Part shown: positions 22,850 through 34,794 of the stretch, one piece after another
How the letters are laid out: the number at the start of each line of letters is the position of its first letter
How positions within the stretch are numbered: the first letter of the stretch is position 1
NCBI RefSeq assembly: GCF_038025025.1
Contig: NW_027117339.1
Location: 744,001 to 808,000, forward strand
Direction: 5' to 3'
DNA: 64,000 nt
DNA from: Phyllosticta citribraziliensis
Lineage: Eukaryota
Position numbers and translations under genes: made by a program
Notes under the pieces: generated by a model
The model's input: only the letters and a program-made list of their open reading frames with translations
Database searches by the model: none
Told to the model about the DNA's origin: nothing

Positions 22850-23694
22850 TTAGCTGATGACAACGTAGAAGCCGATCGGGCACTTGTCCGAGTCCTGGAA
22901 GTACTCAAAAGTCGTGTCGGTGCTGCACAGCATACCGCTGACTTCCAGCGAGCCCTGGCCGGCTTGCACGCCGCAGTCTCCAGCATTGATGACGAAGGCC
23001 TTGCCAGGGGACAGCGTGGCAGGAGGGGAGGGTGGGCCTGCAACATGTCAGTCGCGTTTCACAAGGACTGCACGTGGCGGTGTGACTCTCCGCCACACGA
23101 GGGTTGACCGGAATAGTGACAACGAGAGACATTTGCCGAGTACAAAGACGCAGCAATGGGAAAGACAAGAAAAAGGGCACGGGAGGATGAACGTACTCGG
23201 ACCTGGTGCTGGCTGGTTGTTCCAGGTGGTGGTGTCATTTGCACCAGTGCCAAAAGCATAACCGGTGAATGTGAAGTGGCCTTCTGTGGTATCCTGGCCA
23301 TTCACATCCTTGAAGGTGTAGTCGCTCGTCTGGAGTTGGCTGTGGTCCGGGAACAAGAATTCAAGCGTGCAGGTCTTTCCTGCCGCGCTTTCCGGGACGT
23401 AAAGATTGAAGATCGTGCAGACTATCCGGTGTTAGTGGCCGCATTGGGAAATTGAATGGTACTCTTACAGTCGTTGGGGGTGATCTTGGGGCTGTAGACA
23501 GTGCCATAGTTGGTGTCGGGGTTGCTCTTGGAAATGGGGTAGATGCCGACAGGGAAGAGCCACGAGCTTGAATCTTCAGGAAGAAGTCCACCCTCGGGGC
23601 ATGTCACATCTCTCGCCTTCTTTTGGCATGATGGGGCTGCCGAAGCTGCAAGGAAGAGCGTGCTGACAAGGGACAAGGTCTTGAGGATCGCCAT
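22850..23694 (-). CDS. Small secreted protein with a But2 (ubiquitin-3-binding protein C-terminal) domain
   Basis: Signal peptide MAILKTLSLVSTLFLAASA. Introns 23422-23468 and 23038-23196. Motifs FCTIFNLYVP..GKTCTLEFLFP, TTWNNQP and YFQDSDKCPIGFYVVIS*. Confidence 0.75.
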
Positions 23695-26600
23695 TCTGAT
23701 ATGTGCGTTCTTTGTAATAACTTGAACTGCTGGAAGGAGGACCGGTAAAGAAGGCCAGAGGGAATACCACAGTGACTTGTGACCAGGAACCGCGTGTTGG
23801 AGAGCAAACAATGAGTAGAGTGTCGATCCAGGAACCGGGCCAGGATGAGCCCTATTTATCTCCCCACGACCCCACGAATAAACCATGCTCATATCATGAG
23901 CTCTAGACTGCAGCAATGTCTTTGCGCCACAAATTCCTGTCATCAGTCTCGTCAGTGGGGAGATACTAACGGCGCCTCCCCCTCGGCTAGTGCAGCCCCC
24001 CAGTCCAGCTGCACATCTGCCAGCGGCCGGACTAAACCCAATACTGCCATTAGTACGCGCTACTCTCAGCATTACACTCACCACCTCAACCCCCTATCCC
24101 AAGCTTGGCTCGCTCTTCTAAGCTTGGTGGCGGATTGCTTGTTCTGACGGGACCTTCCGCTGCTACCCCAGACGCCCCAATCCTAAAATTAATTTAGGGG
24201 TCGCATTGCTCGAAAGAATGGCAGACAGAATGCACAGAGAGCGATTGCGCAGTAATTTGGTGCCACCAGCGCGCAAATTGGCGACAAAACTGGGGTGAGG
24301 GGGCGTAACCAGCTCAAGGGGGCAGTCGTTAGTATCACCCGATCAGTTAGACGGCTTGAGACTTTGAGTTGTGAGGTATCCAGAAAAGAGGGTCCTATGT
24401 GCTCATGACACCTGCGGCTATGCCGCATACATTAAGGTTCCAATAAAGGTTGCAGTGGCGACCGCATGTCTGGATATTTCTTAGCCTCATACTGCAGCAT
24501 CGCCGTGTGGCTTTGCTATGCCTCGACTCAAACAAGACAAGCAGTCTTGCAAGTCATCCTGAGGCTTGCCGGTGAATGACGGCGGGGAGCCAGCGTCCCG
24601 CGCAAATCATACCGACGTTCCCGGAGCGATCCATACAATGCCTTGATGGGGAAGGTTACACGGCGAGCGCCAGCATTTTCTTTTGATGGCAATGGTGTGA
24701 GATTGATTGTCGATGCGCGACACAAGAGCAGCCTTGATCCATCTGAAAATATCCTAGGGCGTTGAAAGCAGCGGACCGGTGCCCAAGGCTACTGAGACGG
24801 CATCCAGGCTCTTTCCGCGCAGCCGGCTGGGATGCCAAAGTCAACCATCCACGGTCGATTCGTTCGTTGAAGTGGCCGAAGCCGGAGCTACGGGCAGCTG
24901 GATTTCCATCTGGACCAAGGGCAAGCGAATCGCATGACCACCCATGCGAGATCAAGCGATTTTGGGTAAGTGAAAGAGGGACAAACAACAAGAAGTTGGA
25001 AAAAGGTACAAGGCGGAAGCTGCACGGTTGGGATTAATCCTGCAACCACGGACGCGGGGTTGAGACAGGCAGAACGTAGCCGAACACGAGGTCAAGAACG
25101 TGCAGATAGGATCAGCGATGACCTTTGTGGTAAGCTGATGGGATGTGCTGTGGGGCCTGATGAACTGTTTGGCAGAGCAGGCTGTCAAAGTGGGCAAGCA
25201 GTGGTGGCCTTCAACGCCAGTCGACCGTATCTGCTCTGGTAAGCGCAGAAACCCTTGCCATTCCTCTCGTCAAGCTGATGTGGGGCGCATGGAGACGTTC
25301 CAACGAGGAAAACATCCGGGCGTGGCTGATGGTTGAGGCGGAACAAATTGCAGTCGGTGACAAGCTGCAGGACATCGTCAGAGGTGCAGGGCAGGGCCGA
25401 GTCTCCGTCTCCGCCATCACGGTGGCATCGCTGTCGCCCATTCGTATCCTCAACAAAGGGCGCGACGAGGACGGAGGGGATTGCGGGCAGTGTTGCGAGA
25501 GGAGCAGAGGACAAAGGTTGGTTTGAGGTGGTAGAAGTTGGGATAAGGTTAAGACAGTGACAGCGATCAAGCGGTCGGGAAGTTGCAGCGGCCCTTTTCC
25601 GCGACCTCGCCACGGGGGTCCAGCCAGAACCTCACCTCCTGCTCGCTCCCGCACTCAACTTCCACCACTTTCGCGCCATGAAGCTCTGACATCTCTTCCT
25701 TATCGAAGGATCAAGCCGCCCGATGCCAGCTCTCGGGAGGGAGAAAGTTTTACCCATCATCTCGCTTTTTCAATCACTCTAGGCCCATGCCACGGCGTCT
25801 CCCGGGAAGCCTCGACATTCTCCCCTCATCAATCGCAGCCCCTATGCCTTGACGCAGCATTACACGAACTGGGCGAACGACTGTCCTCATCACTTTCTAA
25901 AGAGGCGTTGCAAAATCTTTCCACCATGAAATCCACCCTGCGTGTTTCCAGACTGTTGACTGATGCCGAAAGGCGGCAGTTGAAGGTCGACATCTCCAAG
26001 GGCGAAATCCTCAAAGTGTATCCCCGAAGATTGGCAAGCAGTGCAGATTGTCGACCTTCTCATTCTGCAAACGCAACCACCGCATGCACAGAGCGACACT
26101 AGTCTTTCAGCATGCCCCTACCACGAAAGATTCCGCATCGCTTGACTGATCCTCTGGTCCCGACATGCAAATGGACTTTGGCACTTGTTTTTGTACATTG
26201 CATGGCCTGTGATTACCTCTCACCATCAAAACCCGCTTCCCTCTCGACCAAAGGCAACCCGCAGCGGCACAAACAAAAAAGTTCGACTCTTTTGGCAAGA
26301 GATGATCAAGGCCGCAAACGTGGCACACAGCCTCCAAGCCACTACACTCGACGCTTGAATGCTCCCCACAAGTCGTCAGTCATAGCGTATGAATGCTCCC
26401 CATCCGTCACATATGCATCGTCGGAATGCTCCCTATCAGTCATCTGCCAGAGTAAATGAACGCTCCCTGTGGGCGAGACTGACTCCCCTTGTGCACGCCA
26501 CGACTTTTGTAAAAGCCTTGATCGGTGCTTTTCTAGAATCATCACGGAATAAAGGTCGCCATCTCCAGCACGCCAAGCGCAAAAACAGCATGTTCGAAAA

Positions 26601-26888
26601 ACGCTGTGTCGATGACACGAAGAAAGACGGAGTTCGTCGACATTCTGCGATGATGCTCGAGTGGAAGTATTCCAGCGCTGCCGCACGGATTCTGCAACAA
26701 CGGCTCGACGACCCAAGAAAGTGCCTCAGGTGTGGGATGTACAGTGCCGCAGCACAGAAGTCGTCCATCGCTGTCGCGAAGTTGATCTCGAGTGCGGGAT
26801 CATCGCCGTGATCGTTGCTCTCAAAGCGGCGGATGAAGCGCTTTTTAGACCTGGTCTCTCGACGGAATAGTCACAACTCCCGCATGCG

Positions 26889-26936
26889 CACATGAGCTTG
26901 AGGTCCGTGGTCCACATGAGCTTGAGGTCCGTGGTC
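26889..26936. repeat. Perfect 24-bp direct tandem duplication
   Basis: CACATGAGCTTGAGGTCCGTGGTC at 26889-26912 and again at 26913-26936. Confidence 0.9.
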
Positions 26937-27574
26937 GTCATACGCCCACACTGCCTGGCTATGCCCGCATCTCGCCATCCAGCCAGGCGGAACAGTCATA
27001 CGCCTTGCACATGTCACAACTCTCCACGTGTATCTCCGACCATCGGAGTACAAAGCTATAAGAACGGCCAGTTTTGCAGCTATTCTGTCGATGAGCACTG
27101 TCAAGGTCGAACTCGATGGCTACCGTCATGCGCGGATGTGTCGCTCTCCAAGCATATGATTTACTCTGTCCGCTGAGCGACAGTTCTTCGCCAGCCCGCA
27201 GGCTTGCGTTCCGGCTGGGATTTCGTCACTCCTTCGCCTTCAGCAGCGTTGTGGTGGACTGACGAATCCCAACACCATGGTTTTCACGTATGCGACCATT
27301 GTCCAAGAACAGAGGTTTACAACAAGCCAAAAGCATGTAAATCCGTACGTCTTAGACCACAGTCAATGTATTCTTGAAGTTCAAGCAAAAATGGTGGAAG
27401 CTAATGTCGATGCAGTCGTGCAATCGCAAGCCGACAACGTGTCGAAAATGAAGTTCAAACACACACAGAAGATACGCAAACAGCCGCACAGCAGCCTCCC
27501 AAGCGTGCTGACCAACTTCCTCTTCTCCCCATCAACGACGCCTTCGTCATCTCCGTCCGCAGACCCCATCGCCC

Positions 27575-28765
27575 TTAGATGAACTCCTTCAAAATGGGAC
27601 CATAAGTCTTCCACGCGTTTCCATCCGGCGCCTCAAAATCATAAAACTTCGAATTCTTCCAATACTTGCCCTTGGCCCACCAAAGCGCCGCAATCCACAC
27701 ATCACAGTTCTGCTCCATGTACCGCAAGCCGCCCCTGATGGCGTCGTAGCAGGTGGGGTTGGAGCCGCCAGCGAACTCGCCGATCATGGCCTTCTTGCCG
27801 TTCTTGCGCAGCCAGTCGGTCGCCGCCATCAGGCGTTCGGCCATGATGGTGCCGCTGACGCATTGGTCGGACGTACCTGAGCCGTCGCCGTCGCTGTATT
27901 GGTGCATCTGGTAGATGATGCGCGATGGGTCGCCGGGGTGCGCGGGGTCGACGAAGCCGCCCATGGTGTCGCTGTTGCCGCCTTGCTTCACCCACTTCCA
28001 GGCGCCGGTCCAGCTGAGAAGGTCGGTGTCAGTATGCTACTCGTTCCGCCGCTGCGCTGGTATGGTTGTTACTCACTCGTTGCCCTCGACAGTGATGGAT
28101 TGCTCCACGGCGCCCGCCTCGCGGATGCCGTCAATGGCGGCCTGGTTGAGCCTGACAACCAGCCCCTGGTCCATATCCTTATACTCATTATTCGTATCGA
28201 ACCACACCAGCTTGTTATCTTTAAACGGCGTAGCAGCCGTCTTCCACCACATCTTGAACCCCTCGACATCCGTAATAACCTGAAAGTTGAATCGACCATA
28301 ATTGTGCGCCGAAATCATCGTCTGGATGTTCTTCCCAGTCAAAAAATTGACCGTGTTCGTCAAGTCGCGGAGGTACGCGCCGTCGGCCTGGCCCCGCAGG
28401 TCCGGAATCAGCCGCTCCATGAGGATTTTGATGCGGAACATGGCCATGCCCAGGTCGATGGCCGGCTGCATCGACGCCGCGTCCGGCCAGATGTAGTCCT
28501 TGCCCAGCACGCCGGGGATGTTGCCCTCGCCGAACTCGGGGCCCGCCTCGTTGACGCCGATGTAGCGGATCTTGCCTTGCTTGCCTCCCGGTGGTGGTGG
28601 TGGTGGCTGCTGCGTTCCGGTTGACGGCGGTCCTTTCTGGGGCGGCGGCTGCTGCTGCTGCGTCCCTTGGTTTCCGCGACGGACGCCCTTCTGTTGTTTG
28701 TGATGCGGCGCTGCGAGCGCAAGACCAGCCGCGCCAGCGGCGACGAGCAACGAAAAGAAACGCAT
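27575..28765 (-). CDS. Secreted GH5 (subfamily 5-like) endo-1,4-beta-glucanase, no CBM1
   Basis: Signal peptide, GVNEAGPEFG, HNYGR, WFDTNNEY (acid/base), EGND|WTGAW across intron 28014-28076, YQMHQYSDGDGSGT and IGEFAGG (nucleophile). Confidence 0.92.
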
Positions 28766-30361
28766 GGCACGTAAAGAGCGTATGAAACGAAATGTGAATG
28801 AGAGACTTTGATTTACTCAAACAAAGGTAGGGACAGACAGACGCTTGGCTTATGTATGCCGCCACATGGAGCGCTCTGTATAGCCAAAATAGGCGTGTGG
28901 AGACGTCTGGTGCCAGTAAATTAGACCATGCTAAACATCGACGACCTACCACTCATAGCCACCACCCACGGCGGCGAGATCCAGGAACCCGCGCTCAAGG
29001 TAACATCCGCAGCTGGGATGCAGGCATCGCGGCAATTCGTGGTCGGGGAGTGGTCCCTTGCGCGTCAACGTCATAAGCCATCTAGGCCAGCTCTTTCTCC
29101 CTCCAGCAAAACAAGTCGACCGAGAGACTTTCCATCGGCTCTTGCATTCCCAATCCAGCTACTGTGCCCGGATGAACTGAAGAACGGGCAAAATAACGCG
29201 ACACCCACGAACTGAATTTCGTCGCTTGAACGGCGCAGTTGAAACCCCATGGCGGAGGAGGAAGGCAGACGTCCAAATTGGCAGCCAGCGGTAGGGGATT
29301 GGGCGCAAAAAAAGTTGACCGGGATCCGTTGACCACCCCATTCAGGCGGTTGTTTGGAAATGACAGTCCGCCACCACTCGAAACGACGCTCATCACGCGC
29401 AAGAGGCCGCTCTCATTCAGGTCTGCGCCGCGCCGTAGGGGTTCTGGAGAGAGGCTGTGTGGTTGGTTCGATCAGTTCGCGCAAGCCTGCAACAGGGATG
29501 TGAGAATGGCCGTGATTGCTTGTCCAGCTATCACCACTTCGACGCTGACACGCTGCCACTGACGGGCGAAGAGTTACAGTTGCGCTGGTGTTGCACGCCG
29601 GAAACAGGCCTCTACGTGCCAAGAGAGATAAAAAGCTTCTTAGCGAAAGGGCCGCTGCATGTGGTTGGTCGGCCCGTCGTCGAGACTTCATCACGGTTAA
29701 ATCTGGCCAATCAGGGTCGAAGAATGGAGGCTGATGTTGGTGAGAGGAGGCTCTTGGTGCGCTCCGACTCGAGCCTCACCGACAAGGTTAAAATAGAAGG
29801 GGCACGCCTGTTTTTGGGTTGCGGAATATTGCGCGTTGACGTGTAGTGGGAGAAATGGATTGGTTGAGCACACGGAGCAAACACACCAGACATGACGATT
29901 GCCACTCACAGGTATCTGGAGACATCAAATGTAGTCAGAACTTAGAAGAGCCGGATGGGCTCATTTGATTGTAGTGGTATCTTAGCTTCGACTACCGCAG
30001 ACCCTACCGCATGACCCGGTTGAAGGGCATCGGCGCTGTCTTTGTGATCTTTCCTGTCTAAGTCGGAGCCAAACGCTTGCAAAGGGAGAAGTTTGTTCTC
30101 GCATCCCCAAAAACCCAGCAGCGGATGTTGAACGCTGCATTTTTGCCCAGAAACCATTCCCGTTTCCCGATCAAGTTCCCGGAACGCCGTACATTCGTAG
30201 ATCTCCCATGTTGAATTCATTAAAACGCCAATGTTGAATGTCTTCCCCGTCTTCGACATTGGGTCATATCATGCCTGTTGAAAAGACTTTTGATATCGTA
30301 ACACGTGACAAGTCCAGCTTGGAGTTGATCAAGCCGGTGCAGCTACGTTGATGTAGCTGAC

Positions 30362-32770
30362 TTAAGGGTACTTCTGGCGGTAGAACTTGGCAGCGTTGAC
30401 CAGGTTGGTCAGCGCAGCCTTGGTCTCGGGCCACTGGCGGGTCTTCAAACCGCAGTCGGGGTTGATCCAGAGCTGCTCAGGCTTGAGGTAGGCAAGCATC
30501 TCGTCGACACGGTCCTTGATCTCCTGCTCGCTGGGAACACGAGGAGAGTGGATGTCGTAGACACCGGGGCCAATGTGACGGGGGTAGGCCTTGTCGACGA
30601 AGACCTTGAGCAGCTTGGCGTCAGACTTGCTGTTCTCGATGGACAGAACGTCAGCGTCGAGAGCGGCAATGGCGTGGAAGAAGTCCTGGAACTCCGAGTA
30701 GCAGAAGTGGGAGTGGATCTGAGTCGAGTCCTCAACACCAGCAGTGGAGAGCTTGAAGGAGTCGACGGCCCACTGGAGGTAGGCCTCGCGCTCCTTGCCA
30801 GAGCGGAGGGGCAGACCCTCACGGAGAGCAGGCTCGTCAACCTGGATGACGAAGATGCCAGCCTTCTCGAGGTCGACAACCTCATCGCGGAGGGCCAGAG
30901 CAAGCTGCTGGGCCTGGACGGACTGGTGGACGTCGTCACGGGGGAAAGACCACCTCAGGCAGGTGATGGGGCCAGTGAGCATACCCTTCATGGGCTTCTT
31001 GGAGTGCTCGGCGGCGTACTTGGACTCCTTGACGGTCATGGGGGCAGGGCGCGAAATGTCTCCGACGATGATCGGGGGACGGACGCAGCGGGAGCCGTAG
31101 CTCTGAACCCAGGCGTGGGTGGTGAAGACGTAGCCGTCGAGGCGCTCGCCAAAGTACTGAACCATGTCGTTGCGCTCGGGCTCACCGTGGACGAGAACAT
31201 CGAGGTCAAGCTCCTCCTGGATCCTGATGACCTCGTCGATCTCCTTCTCGATGAACTTCTCGTACTCGGCAGCGGTGATTTCGCCCTTGGTGAATTTGTT
31301 GCGCTGGATACGGATCTCCTTGGTCTGAGGGAAGGAACCGATGGTGGTGGTGGGGAACTTGGGGAGGTTGAGGTGGGTCTTTTGCTGGGCGTAGCGCTCA
31401 GGGAACTCAGACTTGCGGTTGTGCATCTCAGGGGAAACCTTGGACTGGCGGTCCTTGACGTGGGGGTTGTTGGTGCGAGCAGAAGAAGCGCGAGCCTGCA
31501 TCGACTTGGCGTTGGCCTCAAGCTGGGCGCTGACAGAGGCAGGGCCCTCGGTGACGGCCTTGGCAATGATGGCAACCTCAACGGCCTTCTCAGAGGCAAA
31601 AGAGAACCAGTCGCGAACCTCCTCGGGAAGCTTCTTCTCGCTGGCAAGAGTGTGGGGGGTGTGGAGAAGGGAGCTGGAGGTGGCAACAAGGACACGGTCC
31701 TTGCCGAGCTTCTGGATGGCAGTCTCAACGACCTCAATGGCCTTCTTGAAGTTGGTCTTCCAGATGTTACGGCCGTCGACGACACCAGCAGAGAGGATCT
31801 GCTTGGAGCCAAGCTTCTCAATGACGGGGAGGAGCTGCTCAGGGTTGCGGACAAGGTCGACGTGCAGACCGTAGAGATGGCTGACGTTGGCAACGACGTC
31901 AAAGTTGTGGACAATGTCACCAAAGTAGGTGGTGAAGACCAAGTTGGGAAGGTTGGAGCCAGAGAGCTTCTCGTAGGCGGGCTTGAAGGCAGCCTTGATC
32001 TCGGGCTGGAGGTCGAAGACGAGGACAGGCTCGTCGATCTGGACAGTCTCGGCACCAGCCTTCTTCAGGGCCTCGAGCAGCTCGACGTAGACGGGGAGAA
32101 GCTTCTCGAGAAGAGTGATGGGCTGGACGCTCTGGCCACGGTCCGCCTTGCCGAGAGCAAGGAAGGAGACGGGACCCAGGATGACGGGGCGGGTGGTGAT
32201 GCCAGCCTCCTTGGCCTCGAGGAACTCGGCGACAGGCTTGGGGTTGGCGGCGAGCTTGAAGGTCTGGTTGTCCTGGAGGGTAGGCTTGACGTAGTGGTAG
32301 TTGGAGTCAAACCACTTGACCATTTCCTGTTCACCACCGTCAGATGTGATGCTTGTCCCGTGTTGCCAATATTGTCCTTACCAAACTGGGAACGTCAATG
32401 CCGTCCTTCTGGTGGCCACGGCCCATGGCGAAGTACTCGTCAATGGGGGCAAGGCCGTTCTTGGAGTAACGCTCGGGGACAGCCTGCAATGCATGCGTCA
32501 GCGGAAAAGCTTTTGCGGGAGGGTTTGGGCAAAGCGTACGTTGAACATCTGGATGTGGTCAAGGACGTGGTCGTAGAAGGCGAAGTCGTTGCTGGGGATG
32601 ACATCGACGCCAGCGTCCTTCTGGATCTTCCAGTGGGCGAGACGCAGCCTCTTGCCCTCGGCGAGAACGTCGTCGCGCGAGATCTTGCCGGCCCAGTAGG
32701 CCTCGTTGGCCTTCTTCAGGTCGCGGTTCTCACCCATGCGGGGGAAACCGAGCACAGCCGACTGCACCAT
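30362..32770 (-). CDS. MET6: Cobalamin-independent methionine synthase
   Basis: MVQSAVLGFPRMG start at 32770. Introns 32484-32539 and 32327-32381. Motifs KWFDSNYHY, HGEPERNDMVQYFGE, HSHFCYSEF and WINPDCGLKTR. Confidence 0.98.
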
Positions 32771-33532
32771 GGTTGCTGATGTGTGAGGAGAAGATGGAAA
32801 AAGGGTATCAAGGGGAGTGATAGAGAAGGACTCTATCGAGGTGGGGGGAGGGGAATTGAAGAGGGAGGAGAGGAATGGAGCGAAGAGGAGGACGGAGGCG
32901 GAGGGGCGGTGGGCGGGAGGAAAAATATACTCTGGCGCCCCGCCGCTCGCCAGATGGCCTGTGGGCTTGAACAATCGCTAGCGCCGAATGCGTCGTTGCC
33001 CTGGCGTGCTCGCCCGCCGACGGTCGGCGACAAACGGCGTGCATGGTGTCGGCGGGGAGCATCGCGAAAGAGACGGCTTGGATAGAGCACGGAGGATGCT
33101 CATAGACTTTTATACGTCTGCCAGACTGAGCCCCGCGCTCGAGTCTGGGGTAGTCACCTTGATGGAGCCAACCCGCGCGCCCAAGGCGATCCTCGGCAGT
33201 CAACCTTCGGCATTGAGCGAGTGTTTGCGTCTTGCCAGCTGCACACCTTGTGTTGGAATCAATTCATTCACGTCGTCTCAATCGATTGATCATGGACACA
33301 AGTGCGGTTGACGAATCCCAGGGTCCCGACAGACGAAACGTGCCGACTCTGGCTTGGAATGTCCCCGAAGCATTGAAAATGTCCGACTGTCTCGCCCGGC
33401 TGCATGCAGGCCCGGAGCCTCGAATGCGAATATATATATTTGCATGGGTGCGTAGGGACAGGGCAATCGAAGTTCGGTCCAGATGGAGACTGGATGCAGG
33501 TCTTGATCTTGATCCCAAAGCTTCGGAAGCTT

Positions 33533-33539
33533 TGAGTCA
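33533..33539. promoter_or_regulatory. Gcn4/CpcA-type site TGA(C/G)TCA in the divergent MET6 / HTH-gene intergenic region
   Basis: TGAGTCA exact match, about 760 bp upstream of MET6. Confidence 0.35.
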
Positions 33540-33559
33540 AGCTTGACCGAGATAAAGTA

Positions 33560-33655
33560 GAGCTAGATTGGAGCTAGATTGGAGCTGGATTGGAGCTGGA
33601 TTGGAGCTGCATTGGAGCTGCATTGGAGCTGCATTGGAGCTGCATCTGGAGCTGG
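33560..33655. repeat. 11-bp minisatellite, about 9 units of GAGCTRSATTG
   Basis: GAGCTAGATTG x2, GAGCTGGATTG x2, GAGCTGCATTG x3, then degenerate units. Confidence 0.92.
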
Positions 33656-33854
33656 AATCTTGGTAGAGGAGCACAAAGGTGCCAGGTCATCATATTGCTT
33701 GGGGCTGCCGATGCGCTGAGCGGGCGCGCGTTGGCGCTCCGCAGTTGCGAGACGGTCGGGCGGCAACTTTTTACGCTGGCGTGGCCCCAACCTTTTCATT
33801 CACCTCACTCCACCACGACAATATCAAGCCCCGTTCATTCTTCATCGACAAGAC

Positions 33855-34688
33855 ATGCCCAAAGCCCCAAAGGAACCCAAGGAGTTCAAGGACTCCAAGG
33901 AGCGCCATGCCCCCCACGACATTGCCACTCGCGTCCACGCCCTTGCGCTCAAGGTCAACGGCTTCACCGACAAAGACATCCTCGACCAGACCGGAGTCGC
34001 CAGTCGGACCATCCGCCACATCTACAGTCGCGCCCGCAAGCGCGGCTTTGATCCGGACAAGTCCAAGCGCATCGAGCTCAAGTTCATTGAGGATGGCAAG
34101 CGCACCGGTCGTCCGCGCAAGGACGCCAATGTTGGCAAGCCTGGCGACCTGCAGCCTCACCTAGACGCCAACGCGTCCGACGGCGACGGGCCCTCGCAAC
34201 TCTCTCCCGTCGATGGCTCCAGCAATCACCACCTCCCCCAGCACCAACTCCAACAGCCGTCGCATCCACCTCCTCCTCCTCCTCCTCAGCCCCAGTCCGT
34301 CGACGACCATCCACACCAGCACCAGCACCAGCAATCGCATCCGCATCCGCACCCGCATCAGCATCAGCACCCCAATCCCCAGCCCGACCAGCATCCGCTG
34401 ATGGAGCCGGCCCTGCAGCAGCCGCTTCAGCCAATCGCCCCGCATCACCACCAGCCAAAGTACTTGGACACCGACCCGACGGCTCACCACCTAGATCACC
34501 ATCCGTGGGACGCCCCGCCCCAGCACCCTGCGACCATGCATTCAATGGACCTAGAGGCCCAGCTTCGCGACGGTCTGCGTGCCTCATTGAACCCTCAGCA
34601 CCATGTCATCCAAATTGGCGAAGCTGCTGTTGACCCATCGCTACGCGGCCACGACTTGCCCGTGTACCAGCCGCCGAACGCTCCGTGA
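33855..34688 (+). CDS. HTH DNA-binding protein resembling a Tc1/mariner transposase N-terminus, with a His/Gln/Pro-rich tail
   Basis: HDIATRVHALALK..ILDQTGVASRTIRHIYSRARKRGFDP..IEDGKRTGRPRK, followed by low complexity. No DDE domain. Confidence 0.7.
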   Translation: MPKAPKEPKEFKDSKERHAPHDIATRVHALALKVNGFTDKDILDQTGVASRTIRHIYSRARKRGFDPDKSKRIELKFIEDGKRTGRPRKDANVGKPGDLQPHLDANASDGDGPSQLSPVDGSSNHHLPQHQLQQPSHPPPPPPPQPQSVDDHPHQHQHQQSHPHPHPHQHQHPNPQPDQHPLMEPALQQPLQPIAPHHHQPKYLDTDPTAHHLDHHPWDAPPQHPATMHSMDLEAQLRDGLRASLNPQHHVIQIGEAAVDPSLRGHDLPVYQPPNAP

Positions 34689-34794
34689 CCTCATCACCGC
34701 CCGGTCCGTGCGCGCGACAGCATCCATCTTTGAGGCAGAACATCGCCCATGCCTCGAACCACCACCTTCTGCACAGTCCCCATCATCCGCAACC

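Noticed and set aside
24100..27500. Many short ORFs, including MKSTLRVSRLL at about 25926 and ORFs 26112 and 26389
   Set aside because: No consistent exon chain, codon bias or motif; treated as intergenic or degenerate.
30548..32779. 743-aa plus-strand ORF
   Set aside because: Antisense shadow of MET6, produced by strong codon bias in a highly expressed gene; no independent protein features.
33560..33655. Repeat array as a CRISPR-like locus
   Set aside because: 11-bp head-to-tail units without unique spacers, no cas genes, eukaryotic context.
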